A stretch of DNA of 608 nucleotides from a phage, in the sequence record AF056250.1; one strand, 5' to 3'. Within the stretch, counting starts at the first letter, position 1, and each line of letters starts with the position of its first letter. The position numbers and the translations under genes are program-made. The notes under the pieces are model-generated. The model was not told the origin of the DNA and did no database searches. It was given only the letters and a program-made list of their open reading frames with translations. Below, piece after piece: positions 1 through 608 of this stretch.

Positions 1-535
1 TATTAGACGNGNACTTNGGCGATCTATGGTCTGGAAANCAATGCAGTTTTACGCATCCTTTGCATGTTACCTTTGCATTAGCAGAAAACGATATTCTGCA
101 AGGTATTGCTAAAAATCTGCAATTAATCGCTAAAGATGAAGCTCTGCACACTCAGATGTCTAAAGCAATCATCCAGATTATGTTCCAGCAGNNTGACAAA
201 GATCTGGTAGATGAAGCAGNGGCTANAGCACCAGCACAGCTCCTGAAAACTCTGAAAACTGAAATTGAATGGGGTCATTTCATTTTCAAAGGTCGTAATC
301 TGATTGGCTTGAATGCAGAACTTCTAGAAAAATATCTGTACTTTGTGGGGGCCGTNATGCATTNATGCACATCNGNGTTNAAAGGGCTANTCACTTAGCA
401 GTTATCAGCAAAACCGATTNCANGGATCATGAAGNGNTGGATNTACGTCGCTACAGCGTCNCGNAAGAAACCAAATGGNGNACNTACNTGTNGTCGGTTA
501 TTAAACCCNGCNGATAGNCGGAAGATNGGGTATGA
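1..535 (+). CDS. nrdB: Ribonucleoside-diphosphate reductase small subunit (class Ia R2/beta, NrdB-like); 5'-partial (window starts inside the gene); reading frame interrupted by probable sequencing errors; 3' end approximate
   Basis: Seen in sequence: ORF-track frame (codons in register with nt 60) gives TFALAENDILQGIAKNLQLIAKDEALH...EIEWGHFIFKGRNLIGLNAELLEKYLYF over 69-350. From memory of E. coli NrdB (not a database search) this aligns without gaps to [26 protein letters not shown] and [28 protein letters not shown]. Upstream, a frame in register with nt 41 reads MQFYASFAC (41-67; E. coli IRFYVSFAC) and a frame in register with nt 31 reads GLEA (28-40; E. coli ALEA). Downstream of the TAG the ORF-track frame stays open and reads KPIPW (411-425; E. 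coli NPIPW), then a frame in register with nt 446 reads V-P-Q-E...TYL (458-490; E. coli APQE...SSYL). Codon usage is strongly biased (CTG, AAA, GAA, GGT, CGT, ATC) throughout. The end at the TGA at 533-535 is a guess placed near where E. coli NrdB would terminate (about 40 residues after PIPW); the true stop cannot be fixed because 506-560 is too noisy. Confidence 0.8.
243..260 (+). repeat. Perfect tandem duplication of a 9-nt unit (ctgaaaact x2) inside the CDS, encoding LKT-LKT
   Basis: Directly visible: ctgaaaact at 243-251 and again at 252-260, followed by a partial third copy gaaa at 261-264. It is in frame and lies in an N-free stretch. It adds no length relative to E. coli NrdB in the from-memory alignment. 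Confidence 0.85.
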
Positions 536-608
536 ATTGGAAATGCTTNNAATACGCANGTTTGCCGTGGGNCCATGGGAATTNNGCCCCNCGGTAANCC
601 NNGGGGTT

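Noticed and set aside
60-62. TTG at 60 as the translation start of the ORF-track CDS
   Set aside because: Homology to NrdB continues upstream of 60 (MQFYASFAC at 41-67, LEA at 31-40), and 60-62 straddles two codons in the locally correct frame. No Shine-Dalgarno-like purine run precedes it (upstream is ...acgcatcct). It is simply the first start-like triplet after the frame break.
396-398. Programmed stop-codon read-through or amber recoding in nrdB
   Set aside because: The TAG sits in a run of low-quality calls (Ns at 356, 364, 374, 376, 380, 390); a single base-call error suffices. There is no independent evidence for recoding and none is known to me for nrdB.
536-560. Rho-independent terminator or other regulatory signal downstream of the presumed stop
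   Set aside because: There is no GC-rich hairpin followed by a T-run, and the region has Ns at 549, 550 and 559. Any stem-loop call would be unsupported.
396-608. Intergenic region or a second gene downstream of the TAG at 396-398
   Set aside because: The same frame stays open after the TAG and encodes KPIPW and, after a 1-nt slip, PQE...YL, all co-linear with the NrdB C-terminal region. The gene continues to at least about 505.
1-608. Group I intron, intein or homing-endonuclease insertion (RNR genes are known hot spots)
   Set aside because: The translated sequence is co-linear with E. coli NrdB across the window, with length differences of only a few residues. There is no inserted block, no intein splice-junction motifs and no LAGLIDADG/GIY-YIG-like ORF.
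1-608. Novel defence or accessory system, mobile element, CRISPR array, tRNA or ncRNA
   Set aside because: The whole readable part is accounted for by one housekeeping-type RNR gene. The only repeat is an in-frame 18-nt tandem duplication, and the ORF track shows no reverse-strand ORF. Nothing supports any such element.
1-608. Identity with bacteriophage T4 nrdB
   Set aside because: My recollection of T4 NrdB in this region differs clearly from the FALAENDILQGIAKNLQLIAKDEALH seen here, and the strong CTG/GGT/CGT codon bias is unlike AT-rich T4 genes. This rests on memory only, so it is a rejection of identity, not of a phage origin in general.

Overview
This window reads as a single-pass, low-quality Sanger-type read: I count 40 N calls in 608 nt, clustered at 10-38 and from 356 onward, with clean stretches at 39-191 and 227-355. 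Essentially the whole window is one + strand coding region, a 5'-partial gene for the small (beta/R2) subunit of a class Ia ribonucleotide reductase (nrdB-like). The ORF-track segment 60..398 is only the longest uninterrupted piece. Co-linear similarity to E. coli NrdB (compared from memory, not by database search) continues upstream in two other frames and downstream past the TAG at 396-398. The breaks are most simply explained by base-calling indels and one miscalled codon, not by biology. The last ~45 nt look like a cloning-vector polylinker rather than genomic sequence. I see no evidence of a novel or undescribed system, mobile element, CRISPR array or RNA gene; this is an ordinary nucleotide-metabolism gene seen through a noisy read. 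Source organism cannot be assigned without a search.
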